NCBI GenBank assembly: GCA_002633005.1
Contig: NMRA01000039.1
Location: 427,225 to 491,224 of the forward strand
Direction of reading: 5' to 3'
Length of the DNA stretch: 64,000 nucleotides
DNA from: Phoronis australis
Lineage: Eukaryota; Animalia; Phoronida
The notes under the pieces: model-generated
Databases searched by the model: none
The model's input: the letters and a program-made list of their open reading frames with translations, nothing else
What the model was told of the DNA's origin: nothing
In this document: positions 1 through 10,985 of the stretch, one piece after another
How positions within the stretch are numbered: position 1 is the first letter of the stretch
Layout: each line of letters starts with the position of its first letter
Position numbers and translations under genes: made by a program

Positions 1-1690
1 CCAGCCGTGTTTAGCAAGATGGAGTAAATCTTGTCGTCGCTGAGTATACCCTCATGTCATAAAATAAACAATTTACTGTAACAGAAACCTGACAGGAGAA
101 CAAATGTAAAGAAAATTTAACCTTCTTTCTGTCCTCTGATGTAGAGGTCGCGTTCCCGCAGAGATAAAATTTCTCTCCGCCGGTACCTTAGTCTTAAAAT
201 AACAACGAACTGTGTGTCTGAAATTTTGCTGCAAAATTTGATTATCGAGAACAATCTATTGAAGCCCTAGTTTCCAAACGAACTGTGTCGATGAGACGAT
301 TTTTGCACAAAAAGCGGGGGTGATTTTGATTGAAGGGATTAGGCCAGACTAAACAACTGAGCGAAGCCAGAAGGAGTGAAATTTATAATAGTTGTCTGTG
401 TGTTTTCTATTTTCTGTCTGTCTGGAGGGTTGTAAGGAATCAGCTGAAGATTGAAACAAAATGTGCAAACATGAAAATGTCCAACGAAGTTCGCTGATTT
501 CGGTTGGACCTTGTCTGCATTGTGTGCCTGCCGTATATTTTTGAGCTGACGTTGTGTCACTTAGCTGCCCTGCGCACAATTTAATTGTTGCGCGAGTTTT
601 GCGTGTGCACATTTTTAGACTCTGTCCAAAGGCGAATATGGACTCTAAAGGAATAATGAGAGACGTCTTGTGCACAAAGGACTGTGGGACAGGGGTCCGC
701 ACCGCTAACATACGTAGATATCCGATCTGTAGAGGTCATTTCATTCACCGATGCCGATTTCAAGCAGCCAGATTGCAGCTATCAAACAGTAGATACAAGT
801 GAACAGGTAGTATCTAGAAAAAAATCAAGTGCCAGCTCGGCGAGCGGACGACCGCCTACGTGACTCTTTCTAGTCTGGATTAGAGAACCGTTTTTCGCAA
901 ATTTATACTCCAAGGATGGGATGCGTACGCATCGAATTTCACTGTCCAATGGCGGGTCATGTTTTATTTTTTCATGTCAGGCGAACTAATAATCCAAGTT
1001 ATCAAATACAAATGCGAACAACAGTTTTAGTTCAGTTTGTGTTCGGTTTGACGGTATTTTTGGATTGTCATTATCTCAAACTTGTTTACTTTTAGTTTGC
1101 AGATTTTCCTGCCTCCGGGAGCACGACAAGTTTCGCTTTATCCGTCGATAGTTCGTAGTTAAAGGGCAATATTTCCTGTATAAATGCGTTATTAGTTAAT
1201 TTGGCATATTTCCCTGGGCGGTATTTTTTCTATTGATAGTCGAGTTTTGTCAAAACGGATTCAATAAACTAAGGTGCTAATTCTTCAAACCCGAAGTGTG
1301 GCTTTGTGCGATGGTCGCACAGTCATGATGCAAACACTGTGTGTACGGTCAGCTGAATAGCCTTTGTATTTCATCGTCAGTTTTTCAGTGGGATCATTGG
1401 TCAAGTAAATTGTTTTACCGGGGCTTGGACTGAAACGCAGCGGGCGTCTCCACCATTAAGCACAGTAACCGGAACGGAAAAGCAAGAAAACTCGGATGCA
1501 TGGGCTAACCTGTTCGGAACTTACTTATTCCCCTGTAACAGTGCCCTCTATAGGGGAGAGTGGCCTCTTGAAATGATGACAACAAAGACGGAATAGGTAG
1601 GTCTCTGATGACAATCAATACACGAGCCCACGGTTTCGAGCTGGGCATGCGCTGCACGTGAACAGTAGCGTGGTACACAACTACTTAGAA

Positions 1691-1837
1691 CTGGGTAGAG
1701 TTCAACGATGATAGTACCTCGCTAGAAAAGCAAGATGTCGCGAGATTCTTCGATATATTGTTGTGTATTTGCAATGAGAGCACGTAATTTTGACCAATTT
1801 TTTCTCGCCCCGAGACAGCTATTTAACTCTACTCCGG
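1691..1837. mobile_element. ~145-bp MITE, family A copy 1 (PIF/Harbinger-like), inverted relative to copies 2 and 3
   Basis: ctg-ggtagagttca...taactctact; body is the reverse complement of 2512-2659. Confidence 0.75.
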
Positions 1838-2511
1838 TTTTTACATTCCACTTCATCGAAACCCCATAATAAAATGCAAATATCTCTTAAAATGACGCGT
1901 GAATGGCGAAAACAGCGTAATGAATATATTTATGCGATGAGTTCGTGAATGCCATGGGGTTGTTGGCCAGTGTCGGAAAACATCGACTGCTTTTCTTCTT
2001 TTCGTCAAATTGTGCCAAACTCTCTTAAAATTCCTATGGCTGCAAAGCATCTTCCCTTTGTGTAGTCTGCAAATTTGTTTCTTCTTCTGTCAATTGTCCT
2101 TAAAATCTGTTTGCCTCTATAAATCACGTTCTTGTCATAGATTTACATTGTTGTGTGAAACAAAGAATTTTTTACATCTCCTGAGCGACTTATTTGTAAA
2201 CTCGTTGAACTTGGGTCTTTGATATTTATTTGTGAGGTCAAAGGTACCTTTATTGGATTCCGGCGTTTACCTTGGCAGACCTTGGGTTTAACCTCGAGAA
2301 TTTCGCGTTGTGCGGCAATTGCGGTTTTGTAGGAATTAAGTAAAAAATTCAAAACAGATTCATAGGCTGCTAATAGCTTTCGTTTGTTCGAATACCGCAT
2401 ATGCGCACATTTAGGCCCATGTGAAGTTGAGCTTAGTTCCAAATGTAGGCACACGCGCTTCAGTATATGAGAAACATTTGAGTAAAATCGAGGTATATAG
2501 GTTCGCGTGAC

Positions 2512-2659
2512 CTGGGTAGGAGTTCAGTAGCTGTCTCGTGGCTAGAAAATGTAGCCAAAATCACGTGTTCTCGTTTAGAATACACGGCAATATCTCGTGT
2601 AGTCTCCCGAAGTCTTGCTTTCGTAGCGAGGTTCTAGCGCCTTATTGAACTCTACCCAG
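2512..2659. mobile_element. ~145-bp MITE, family A copy 2
   Basis: ctg-ggtaggagttca...tgaactctacc-cag; 3-bp CWG-type flanks. Confidence 0.78.
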
Positions 2660-3975
2660 TCAAGTTAGTGTATGTACCTTGCTGTCTGGGGAATACAAAA
2701 TAGGCGCGTACTCTTTATGTTCGCTTACCAATGGCCAGGTCTGTAGTTACTGATTTTTCATTTCACATTTCTGTAGCTACACTTCTATAAAGAAATGTAG
2801 CTGCTCGCTGTTCTTTGTTACGACAGGTGTGCGCTAGGGAATCTTAATGCGTAGGTCTTCGTTTGCGTCGCTTTCAAATATCCACTGCCCCCGATGTACA
2901 GGTGTGCGTTGGCAGCTGGTTTCCTGTTTTTTATTACTTTAGTGTTTTATAACATTAGAAACCTTCTTTGAACTAACTAGTATAAACTGAAGAGTATACG
3001 ATGATGTTATCTTTGTGATTCGTCATGAGTTTGGAAAATGTGTAATAGTTCACCTATGTAATCGTATTTTGCGTAGGGTTCAACCGTTGAATAGTTTCAC
3101 GTAACACTGATTAAATCGCCTAATGAAAGCGCATTGTATATCTAAAAATCAAATCCAAATCTTATCGTTTTGTATTGGTGCTTTTCGCGTATACCATTTC
3201 CTTTTTACCTCCGGCGTAGATCCTCAAGAATCCATCATCATCAAAAATAGAGGAAGCGATAGAGACTGCTGAGTGAAGCCGTCTACGATCAACAGGTGGT
3301 TTAGATGTTTTACATGCCCTATAAATCGATATATTAGAAATACCTGTCTATTAAACAGGAATGCCAAAACGCAGACCACGTCCGGACTAACTTCAAACCA
3401 GAGATGGAAATTGTATTAATACGTGCTTTGAGAAGCAACTGCTAAAGGCCGCATTGGATATTTTTTCAAGACAGGTACCAATTTTCCAATTTCCTTCACG
3501 TCTGTTTCAAATCGTATCTTTAATCACAATGACAAGCGTCTTAATTGGCACGAACCAGGCAGTCTGTGCGTTTCCTCAACCTTGGCTTCAAAGTCCTCCG
3601 ACGAGAGGGACGGTGCGTCCAGTCAGTCACGGGCGCTATTTGCTCCCAACCGGCATGGTGTTAGACCTGTATTATTTTGTTAGGGCCTATTACATTGTTA
3701 GGGTTTGGAGCAAAGGGCAATTTCAGGGTTAGAGTATGGTAGGATTAGGGTTCCGCTAGCCTGGCCCATGTTTTGATGGCGCAGAAATCACCTGAAGCTG
3801 ATTTAGAATAAATTCACGTCCCGACAGAATAGTCGAGCAACGTTGTGCCTCAAGGCCTCAAGTTACTTAGCTTTGTTTGTGGAATGTCACGTTACTTTTG
3901 ACTCCGACATAACGTTTAGAGAAGGCAAATCGTTCTATAAGTTGTGCAGTATTTCAGAAATTTTATAAGTCAATC

Positions 3976-4237
3976 CATGCGTGCACCTAGGGGGGGGGGN
4001 NNNNNNNNNNNNCCCCCCCCCCCCCCCCCCCCCATTTAGCGAAGTGAGCAAAAAGGTCCGCTTCAGAGAGACAAAAAGTCCGAGAAAATGAGGCATAAGT
4101 CCATTAAACATGCGCAAACGCGCAATTCACAGTGGCGCTCCCGTATTTTTTTTAGTCCGCCCGTTTTTTTGTTACCAAAAGGTCCACAAAGTCAGGAATT
4201 CGAGTCCCCCCCATATTGAAGGCTGGGTGCGCGCATG
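3976..4237. mobile_element. hAT-like MITE, family B copy 1 (contains an N gap in a G/C homopolymer)
   Basis: TIR catgcgtgcacc/ggtgcgcgcatg; aaaaaggtccgc..cag core shared with 32347-32624; flanks caatc/caatt. Confidence 0.72.
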
Positions 4238-4325
4238 CAATTGTTATTAGTCGTTTTCCCAACTACCACATACGTGACGCTGTTTTTTCGACAACTGGCA
4301 AGCGAAATTAATGTGTTTGTTTTAA

Positions 4326-4646
4326 AGCTGGACTTTCGCTCTTTAGCTGTCAAAATATTGAATTCTTAACTGCAGCTCTTTGGGGGTTTAAAAACAACAT
4401 CTCGCTCGTCCAATCTCAAATGAGTCGTCAACTCGTGTCACAGGCAATGCGTACATGCGCCATTTTTTAATTCGCAATTTTAGGGTTGGTCAATTCCAAT
4501 AAACTCTGATGCGTTTTAGTGAGTTGCTGGTGGTATCGATGTTCGCGTATTCTTGATTCGCTGGTGGTTATCAAGTTGTTAGTCAAGGAAATAGAACCTT
4601 AGCACGGGCGTCAAGGAAATGAGAATAAACATTTTGAAACGCAACT
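4326..4646. mobile_element. Kolobok-like MITE, family C copy 1
   Basis: ttaa|agctggactttc...gaaacgcaact|ttaa; internal aattcgcaattttagggttggtcaattccaataaactctg shared with the copies at ~12.2 kb and ~56.45 kb. Confidence 0.7.
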
Positions 4647-6699
4647 TTAAAGTCATTTTGAACAGTTGTTTAGTTATTTTGTGAAAACCATGCGAGCAAA
4701 AGCTGACAGCAATTTGATACTGTCACTTTTGAAGCCTGTCGCGACTAGCGAATGTTTGAGAAAAGTCAAGTCAAGACTGAGAAAAATGTGTCAACTGAGT
4801 TGGGAAAGGCTCACGAGTTCTGTAAATGCCATTTGTAATCTTTACACGCAGTTTAAGTCTCAACCAAGAGGGTGAGGTACGTGTAAAATCATATTTTGGC
4901 TCAAAAAAGTTGAGTGCAACCTAATCGTTGTCATTTTCATGAAAGGTGCCCATGTATTGTGTTGCCGCTCAAAGTCTTATCAATCACTTTGCGTGCATTA
5001 CGTAAACGCGGTAATCTCGCGAGCACTCGAGATCACGCAAGACTTACGAGATATCGCCGTACTGTATTACAAGCGAAGCCCGCGATCACATTAGGCTTCC
5101 CGAGATTCTTTCATCTGACGGTTTAACCCACCTTGACGTGCCAAATCCAAACGTTTCACAGTTGGCGTCATCTACTCCCCGAAGTGGACGAAGTCCAAAA
5201 AGGACAAAGTTGAAAGTAGCCTATGCATACAATATCCTTGCATCTGCCGACCAGTTGCCATTGAGAGTCAACAAAAATATCAATCGTCCTTCAATTCTGT
5301 TAACAATTACCAATCTGTTTTCTTGGAGAACGATTGCGATAGCTACGCGGTTATTACGATCATGTGCGAGCTCGTGCGCACACAGCCGCACTGACTACTT
5401 GGCGTTCAGATGGGATACGATTGCTTTGTGCAGTCGGGTTTTCACGAAAACTTTTAAAGTTATACTCAGGGTTGCCAATCTTCGCTCACGATCCACACAG
5501 GCGTTATCATTAACGTCATTTTCTGGCGTTGCGATTGCGCCGATTCGGCGACAAGTCCCCGACGTTGTCGTTAAAGAAAAACATTGACTCGAAATCCATT
5601 TCAAGATAACGGAATTAATTATGTGGTCTCACTAAAATATGAAAATCCGTATCCAGTGTTCCTGAACTCTTACAAAGTCACAAACTCTCGAGCGAAGTCA
5701 CGTCTTGATTTAGTAGTTTACGGCAGCGCCATCTGTTGTTTGTTCGAGAAACAATCTCGTGTCTTAAACCAGTCTCAATGCCTACATATGTCCATCGAAC
5801 ACAGTTCTATGAAAGGTTACATCGAACAGTCTTGCCGGTACTCCGGACAATGCCACTCAAAACCGATTCAGAATCGAGTCTCGAATTGGAAGCTGTTTCC
5901 ATTAACTGATAAAATTATAATTTCCACCACAATCCTTTTCTTCAGCACTAATCCATTTTTTTCTTATCAACCACAATTCTGTTCTTACTGACACAGTTGT
6001 GTTCTCAAAGTTGTTGAAACAGCTTTGAACAGGCAGCTTTTAGCAATTCCTTAAGTTCTTTTCCCATGAACCGCAGCAAGACAATATAAATTGGTCACAA
6101 AATTTGCTGTCCAAATTCATGTTCTTGCACCTCCAAATAAAGGACATTATACAGAACAAATGCTGCTCTCGGATGCCTCTTGTTCTTGTTGTTAATGGCA
6201 GATTCATTTACAAAGTTTGTTTGTACATCATATCTCAATTTTTAACGTTTGAGATAGGGCTTGTTTCGGGTTTATGTTCACGCAGTTACTAAAGGCGTAG
6301 GCAACCTTTTTTCATGTCATTTTTAGTAAAAATAAGGTTCGTTGGTTATCCCAGACATATTTTTCAGTTAATAACAGCTTTTTGTAATTTAATTAATTAC
6401 TCGTCCCCTACTTCGGAAGTGACGTTTAGGAAGTCAAGAATTACGCGCCAAATTGGTTCTGCATCGAGTTTACTGTACTACTATTGTTTTCGGGCTGTTT
6501 TTCTAAAATTGTCGTCACCACTTCCCATCGACGAGTATTCTGCGACAAGCTAAGTTGTTACAGAACTCAATTACGTTGGATTTAGGGATTGTATAGTTTG
6601 TAGTAACCTGGAAAGGGCTGGAGTCGACGACCCATATCACAGTGACCGTAGTGACGGAGATAATGTTCATGGACTGAGTGGCTTTTTCAGTGTTGCACC

Positions 6700-6915
6700 A
6701 CCCATGTCATACCAGTGGTGACGAGGAATTTTTCACGGACAGTCAGCGGTTGGGTATATGTTTGCGCCCGAGTATAATGAGGCAGAGTACGCACAGGCAC
6801 GCAGGCAACTGTTGAGAGGAATGAGGCAGAGACTGAGGACAGACGTGGCGAGACGTCTTGGTGCAAATGCTCTGTGTGCACTGTTATGCCGACCTCAATA
6901 GAATGCTTATGTTGT
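6700..6915 (+). pseudogene. 5' part of a KolX-like (P2X7 ballast/nanor-like Cys-rich) protein, frameshifted and truncated
   Basis: GYMFAPEY at 6752, then after a frameshift RRGETSWCKCSVCTVMPTSIECLCC (W at 6859, ending 6915); start position approximate. Confidence 0.75.
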
Positions 6916-7470
6916 TTCCACTGAATGGTGACCTGAGCACCCAAACCTCTTACATACCGCCAAGTGACTCCCTCGCCACACGTACTTACTCATGGCACCT
7001 TTCTAAAGAGCTCCAATACTTTAGACAAGTCCACAATAAACTTATCAAAGTTTGGCTGACCGGCCTGTCTACTGGACGACGAACTGTCCTCCTCACTGGG
7101 TGTCGCGCTGGGCCTGTATTCACTCCCACTACGCAACATCGCTGCAGAACTGCTTACAGGCTCTGGGCTAGGCACTGCCGGGAATCAGCAGCGACGCTAT
7201 GGTACCCTTCCTCAGGCGTTGTTTTGCAGGGATCTTCATCAATTCAGCACACATACCTCTTTCGTAATTCGATGGCAGAAAATGCATGCCACACACTCTG
7301 TAATTCCCCACTGCTTCGTACGTTGCGTGGACGGGTAACCCTGCGTTGTTCAGATGAACGAGCCAAGTGCGGCGAAGTGTGTCATTTTTCGGAAAGCGAT
7401 GTAATGGCACACCCAGAGTGTGCGTGAGACGATAATGAGTACATCCCGGTACGCAGCAACTGTGCCGCAT
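6916..7470 (-). pseudogene. 5' part of a THAP-domain Kolobok transposase, frameshifted and truncated
   Basis: ORF 7168..7470: CCVPGC...LHRFPKN...RRTWL...RVCGMHF...RLRKGTIASL is a C2CH THAP signature. After frameshifts it continues as KFIVDLSKVLELFRK and TCGEG...GAQVTIQWK. Confidence 0.85.
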
Positions 7471-8847
7471 GTTGACTGACTCGTAAACAAAAGCAAAAGA
7501 CAGCCGAACTCACCACAACCGAGGTAGAACAATGACCGACTCGACAGCTCACACAGTCAGACTATATGAAAAGAATGGCGCGAAATTATGACTCCCTAAA
7601 CGTCACTTCCGGAGAAGGGAACGAGTAATCAATTAAGTTACTAAAACCTGTCATTAACTGAAAAATATGTCAGGCATAATCAACGAACTTTATTTTTAAT
7701 AAAAATGACATGAAAATGGTTTCCTTCTCCTTTAAGGCGTTCAGCCTCGCTTCAGGACTGCAGTGCCTTCGTGTAAGCCGAAAATACAATCAAGTTCCTG
7801 GCTGCATTGACTTCCTTATTTGGACAATATGTGTGTGCTGTCTAGGCTGACAGGTATCGTTACTTTGACATATAAATTTTATTGTCTTGGTATTGCTCAC
7901 AAATTAAGTGAAATCTATCAAAACTAAATCAACCCAGAATCATATAGGAGGTCCCCTGAAATTAATTTTTTTCGAGAAATACATGTAAGAACGCCGCTCA
8001 TGAGAAACGAAATGCTGTAGATGAGAAAAAAATGTCATTCCCATTGCTGTTAAAAGAGCTACAGGTCGTAAGAAACTAATTGCGCTGATGAGGAAAGGAA
8101 ATGAGTTGTGAACTGATTAGAATGCCCGCGCGCCGGACCGCGAGGGGGCATTGGCAGCGTTGATACTTAGTTCACGTTCAAAACAGCACAAAATTACGGT
8201 CTGTGACCTTTGTCCCAGCAAAAGACATTTGGGGTTAAATAGAAGCGATTACTTGTCTCCTTTGAGAGTTCGAACTATTTTTTTGACAGGTTGTGCACAA
8301 AATTATAGCAAGACTACACTCGTCCCAGCGTGATGCTTTAGAAAGCCTGTACCGCCACTTTGTGACGATACGATTGGACGCCTCCGTTCGTCACTTGTGT
8401 CAGGTTTATGCTACGTTAACTTTAAACCAGAAAGACATTAAATGTGTTTTGGACACATGGTAATATACGTCAGATGCAATTGGAGTTGATTTGACATCTG
8501 ACACGACAATGACGACATTCTATAACCCAATGTTTATTATGATCGGGTACAATCAGAATTGAACTATAGGGGAGACCAGTTTACACGTTCACTTTACCTT
8601 CAGATGGTAACATAAGTCCTGGTGTCTGGGCGGGCGAAAAATGTAGAGGCAAGACAGATTACTTTAAACAAATATTTAATGAAATTTGGTCGTTTTCAAG
8701 TACTGGCAACCATGTTTCAACTGACTGTTAACCCGAATGGTTCTTCTGCGCGTACAACTTATCTAACGTGATCGTCACCAGGTGGCAAGCGTGTATACCG
8801 TTGCGTCGTTGTAGTCACACTAATTTTGCGTTGAATTAATAACAATG

Positions 8848-8925
8848 TTTATACCACAATATTAGCGTCAAATGGCAGATACAACCGTGTAATAACCCAT
8901 AAAGTTATCTCACTAGTGACATAAC
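8848..8925. repeat. ~80-bp dispersed repeat shared with 43270-43343
   Basis: tttataccacaatattagc..aatggca..acaa..gtgtaataacccataaag.tatc.cactagtga at both sites. Confidence 0.75.
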
Positions 8926-8930
8926 GATTT

Positions 8931-9010
8931 GGCGGGAAACCGAGGACGGAGTCGAACCTGGGACCCTGAAATTGCTGATCGCCGACTTTACCACTACACC
9001 ATGCAGCGGC
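8931..9010 (-). repeat. tRNA-derived (SINE-head-like) sequence
   Basis: A box tggtgtagtgg and B box ggttcgactcc at tRNA spacing; acceptor and anticodon stems poor. Confidence 0.6.
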
Positions 9011-9533
9011 TGACGTCATCAAGAGTGAAAATAGAATACTTAAATGAGCACGCGCACGTTCAACAAACCGCATTGTACTGTACTTATACGTTACAAAAAA
9101 TAAGACACGTAATTTCCATAAAAATGATATCTTAATTCAGTGAAAATTTTCTATCATGTCCTCTTACTTGTAAATCACCGATCTACAGTTTGAATGCGGG
9201 TATCGTGTCGTCAGGATCTTTGACTTGAGAATTATATTCAGTTACCAGTGGTAACCTACTTTAGCAGACGATAATTTCCCGGTCGAAGCTTAGCGTGAAA
9301 AAACGTGTTTTATGCTATAATAGTTGGTAAACCTTAATTTATAAATTCAATTTATTTCCATTGTATTTAAGTTTTGAGTAAAAGCATTATTTGACAAAAA
9401 TATCCCGTCTTTTCTTAAAAGGTCACGACCTCCGACCCCGGGCCTCTGACATAGAAAGTAGTTACAAAGCCGTGGAGAGTCAGAAAAGGTAAATTAATTC
9501 ATTGCAATGTTTCTCGTTTAGTATGTGGTATAA

Positions 9534-9697
9534 ATAGATTATTACATGTTCTCAGCCGTTATCCTCCTTATCTAGAGCCCTCGTGGATTTTGGAGAATTA
9601 TCGCCCGAGGGGCGTTAGCCCCGAGGGTGATAATTCTCCAAAATCCACTCGGGCTCTAGATAACGGGGGATAACGACTTCGCCATGTAATAATCTAT
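9534..9697. repeat. 164-bp imperfect palindrome (Crypton-like palindromic non-autonomous element)
   Basis: Arms atagattattacatg...gtggattttggagaattatc / gataattctccaaaatccac...catgtaataatctat around ggggc-gtta-gcccc. Confidence 0.85.
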
Positions 9698-10671
9698 ATT
9701 CATCATTTAAAAACGTCTATGCATACAATGTATACGAAAATAGGGCATTTCAATCAATTAACGTAAACTGATATAGCTGGAACTAGCTGTAGGTCCCGAT
9801 CTCAATCAAGGTCCGATAATTGAAGAATGGAAGAAAAAACACACGTCTCAAGCCCAGCATTACTACCCCATGCAAACCGTGAATAGTCATTGTTTATTCC
9901 CAAATCGAATAGATTAAATGAACAAAACATTTCTCAACGCTCCTCAGTACGTGTACAAATACGGAGTTGACATCTGACTGTGTGGGCATGTAGTCTACCG
10001 GTAGAGGGCAGCACTTCGAAGGTAACACTCCGAATAATGGTTTAAAGACTGCAGTAGCTATATTTCCACGGTCCCCACACTGTAGTTATACTGGAATCGG
10101 TTGGAAATTGATTGTCAATTAGTCCCGGCCATAAGTCCAGTCCTGACTAAGATGGGCGTAACTTGTACTACGTTCATTGACTTGGCCCGTTTGGTCAGAA
10201 TACGAAAAATTGTCCCGTCAGTTGCAACATTTTGTTCTTAAAAAATGCAGGTTCGCGTTTACAATAACATATCTATGACGGTCTTAGCTACATTCAGACT
10301 AACGACTGTGACAAAATGGGCCCCGAGTTACTTTTTGCTTGCAATATTATATGACAGTTTAGGCCTACTGCTCATCCCCAAAACAAACTTTACTTTTAAA
10401 CTTTGGTGCGACACCTGATACATCTCTATTCTTACTAATAATGTTCAAAGAAGGTTTAAGGCTGTGCGTAACATCAAACTAAACGTCTGTACTTAAAAAG
10501 ATAAATTGATTAATTGACCCCGGACATAACGCTCCCAACCTCGTTCATTATGACGGTAAAACAAAACAAACAATTATTCTTGCACTGAGAAGGGATTAAA
10601 CTGCACGCATTGTCGTAGCCAGTCTCCCAGTATTGTCGGGAAGGTCTTAGGAGAGTGAAAAACAGTGGATG

Positions 10672-10961
10672 GCAGGGGCGGATGCAGGATTTTGAGTAAG
10701 GGGGGTCAGGGCACAGGAATAACCTGACTTTCGCCACATACGCGCGCCCAGCCTAAAATGTAGGGATGCAGGGCTCTCGAATTTTTGGGTTTGTGGACCT
10801 TATTAATAAAAAACGGTAAACGGGGTTTGTTCAAGGCCTGCATTCGAACCCCCAGGATGCGCCCATATGCTAATCAGCGATTCGCACCTCGAATTCCCAA
10901 ATGGTATCTGGGAGAATTTTAGGGGGGCCTTGNCCCCCCCCCCCCCCGTTAATCCGCCACT
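10672..10961. mobile_element. hAT-like MITE with a nested, inverted family-B fragment (~10737-10869)
   Basis: TIR caggggcggat/atccgccactg; flanks gatgg/gatga; internal catacgcgcgcccagcctaaaat is the reverse complement of the family B end. Confidence 0.65.
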
Positions 10962-10985
10962 GGATGACAGTTTGAAAACTTGGAT

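Larger units (their letters stand above)
6293..7731. mobile_element. Internally deleted Kolobok-type DNA transposon
   Basis: TIRs 6293-6450 and 7576-7731 (aggcgtaggcaaccttttttcatgtcattttta versus reverse complement aggagaaggaaaccattttcatgtcattttta); AG..CT ends; flanks ctaa/ttaa; THAP and KolX-like remnants inside. Confidence 0.88.

Noticed and set aside
3640-3792. Scattered TTAGGG motifs as an interstitial telomere
   Set aside because: Not tandem; more likely the interior of a decayed small repeat.
3990-4034. G-run/C-run as a G-quadruplex or hairpin element
   Set aside because: It spans an N gap, and homopolymer lengths are unreliable; it is part of MITE family B.
5138-6290. Cluster of 60-150 aa ORFs
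   Set aside because: No domain signature or consistent exon chain found; may be an unrecognised decayed element.
6858-7427. 189-aa plus-strand ORF
   Set aside because: Mostly the antisense shadow of the THAP transposase remnant; the KolX-like motif is in a different plus frame.
8931-9010. Functional tRNA gene
   Set aside because: A and B boxes are present but the acceptor and anticodon stems do not pair convincingly; treated as a tRNA-derived repeat.
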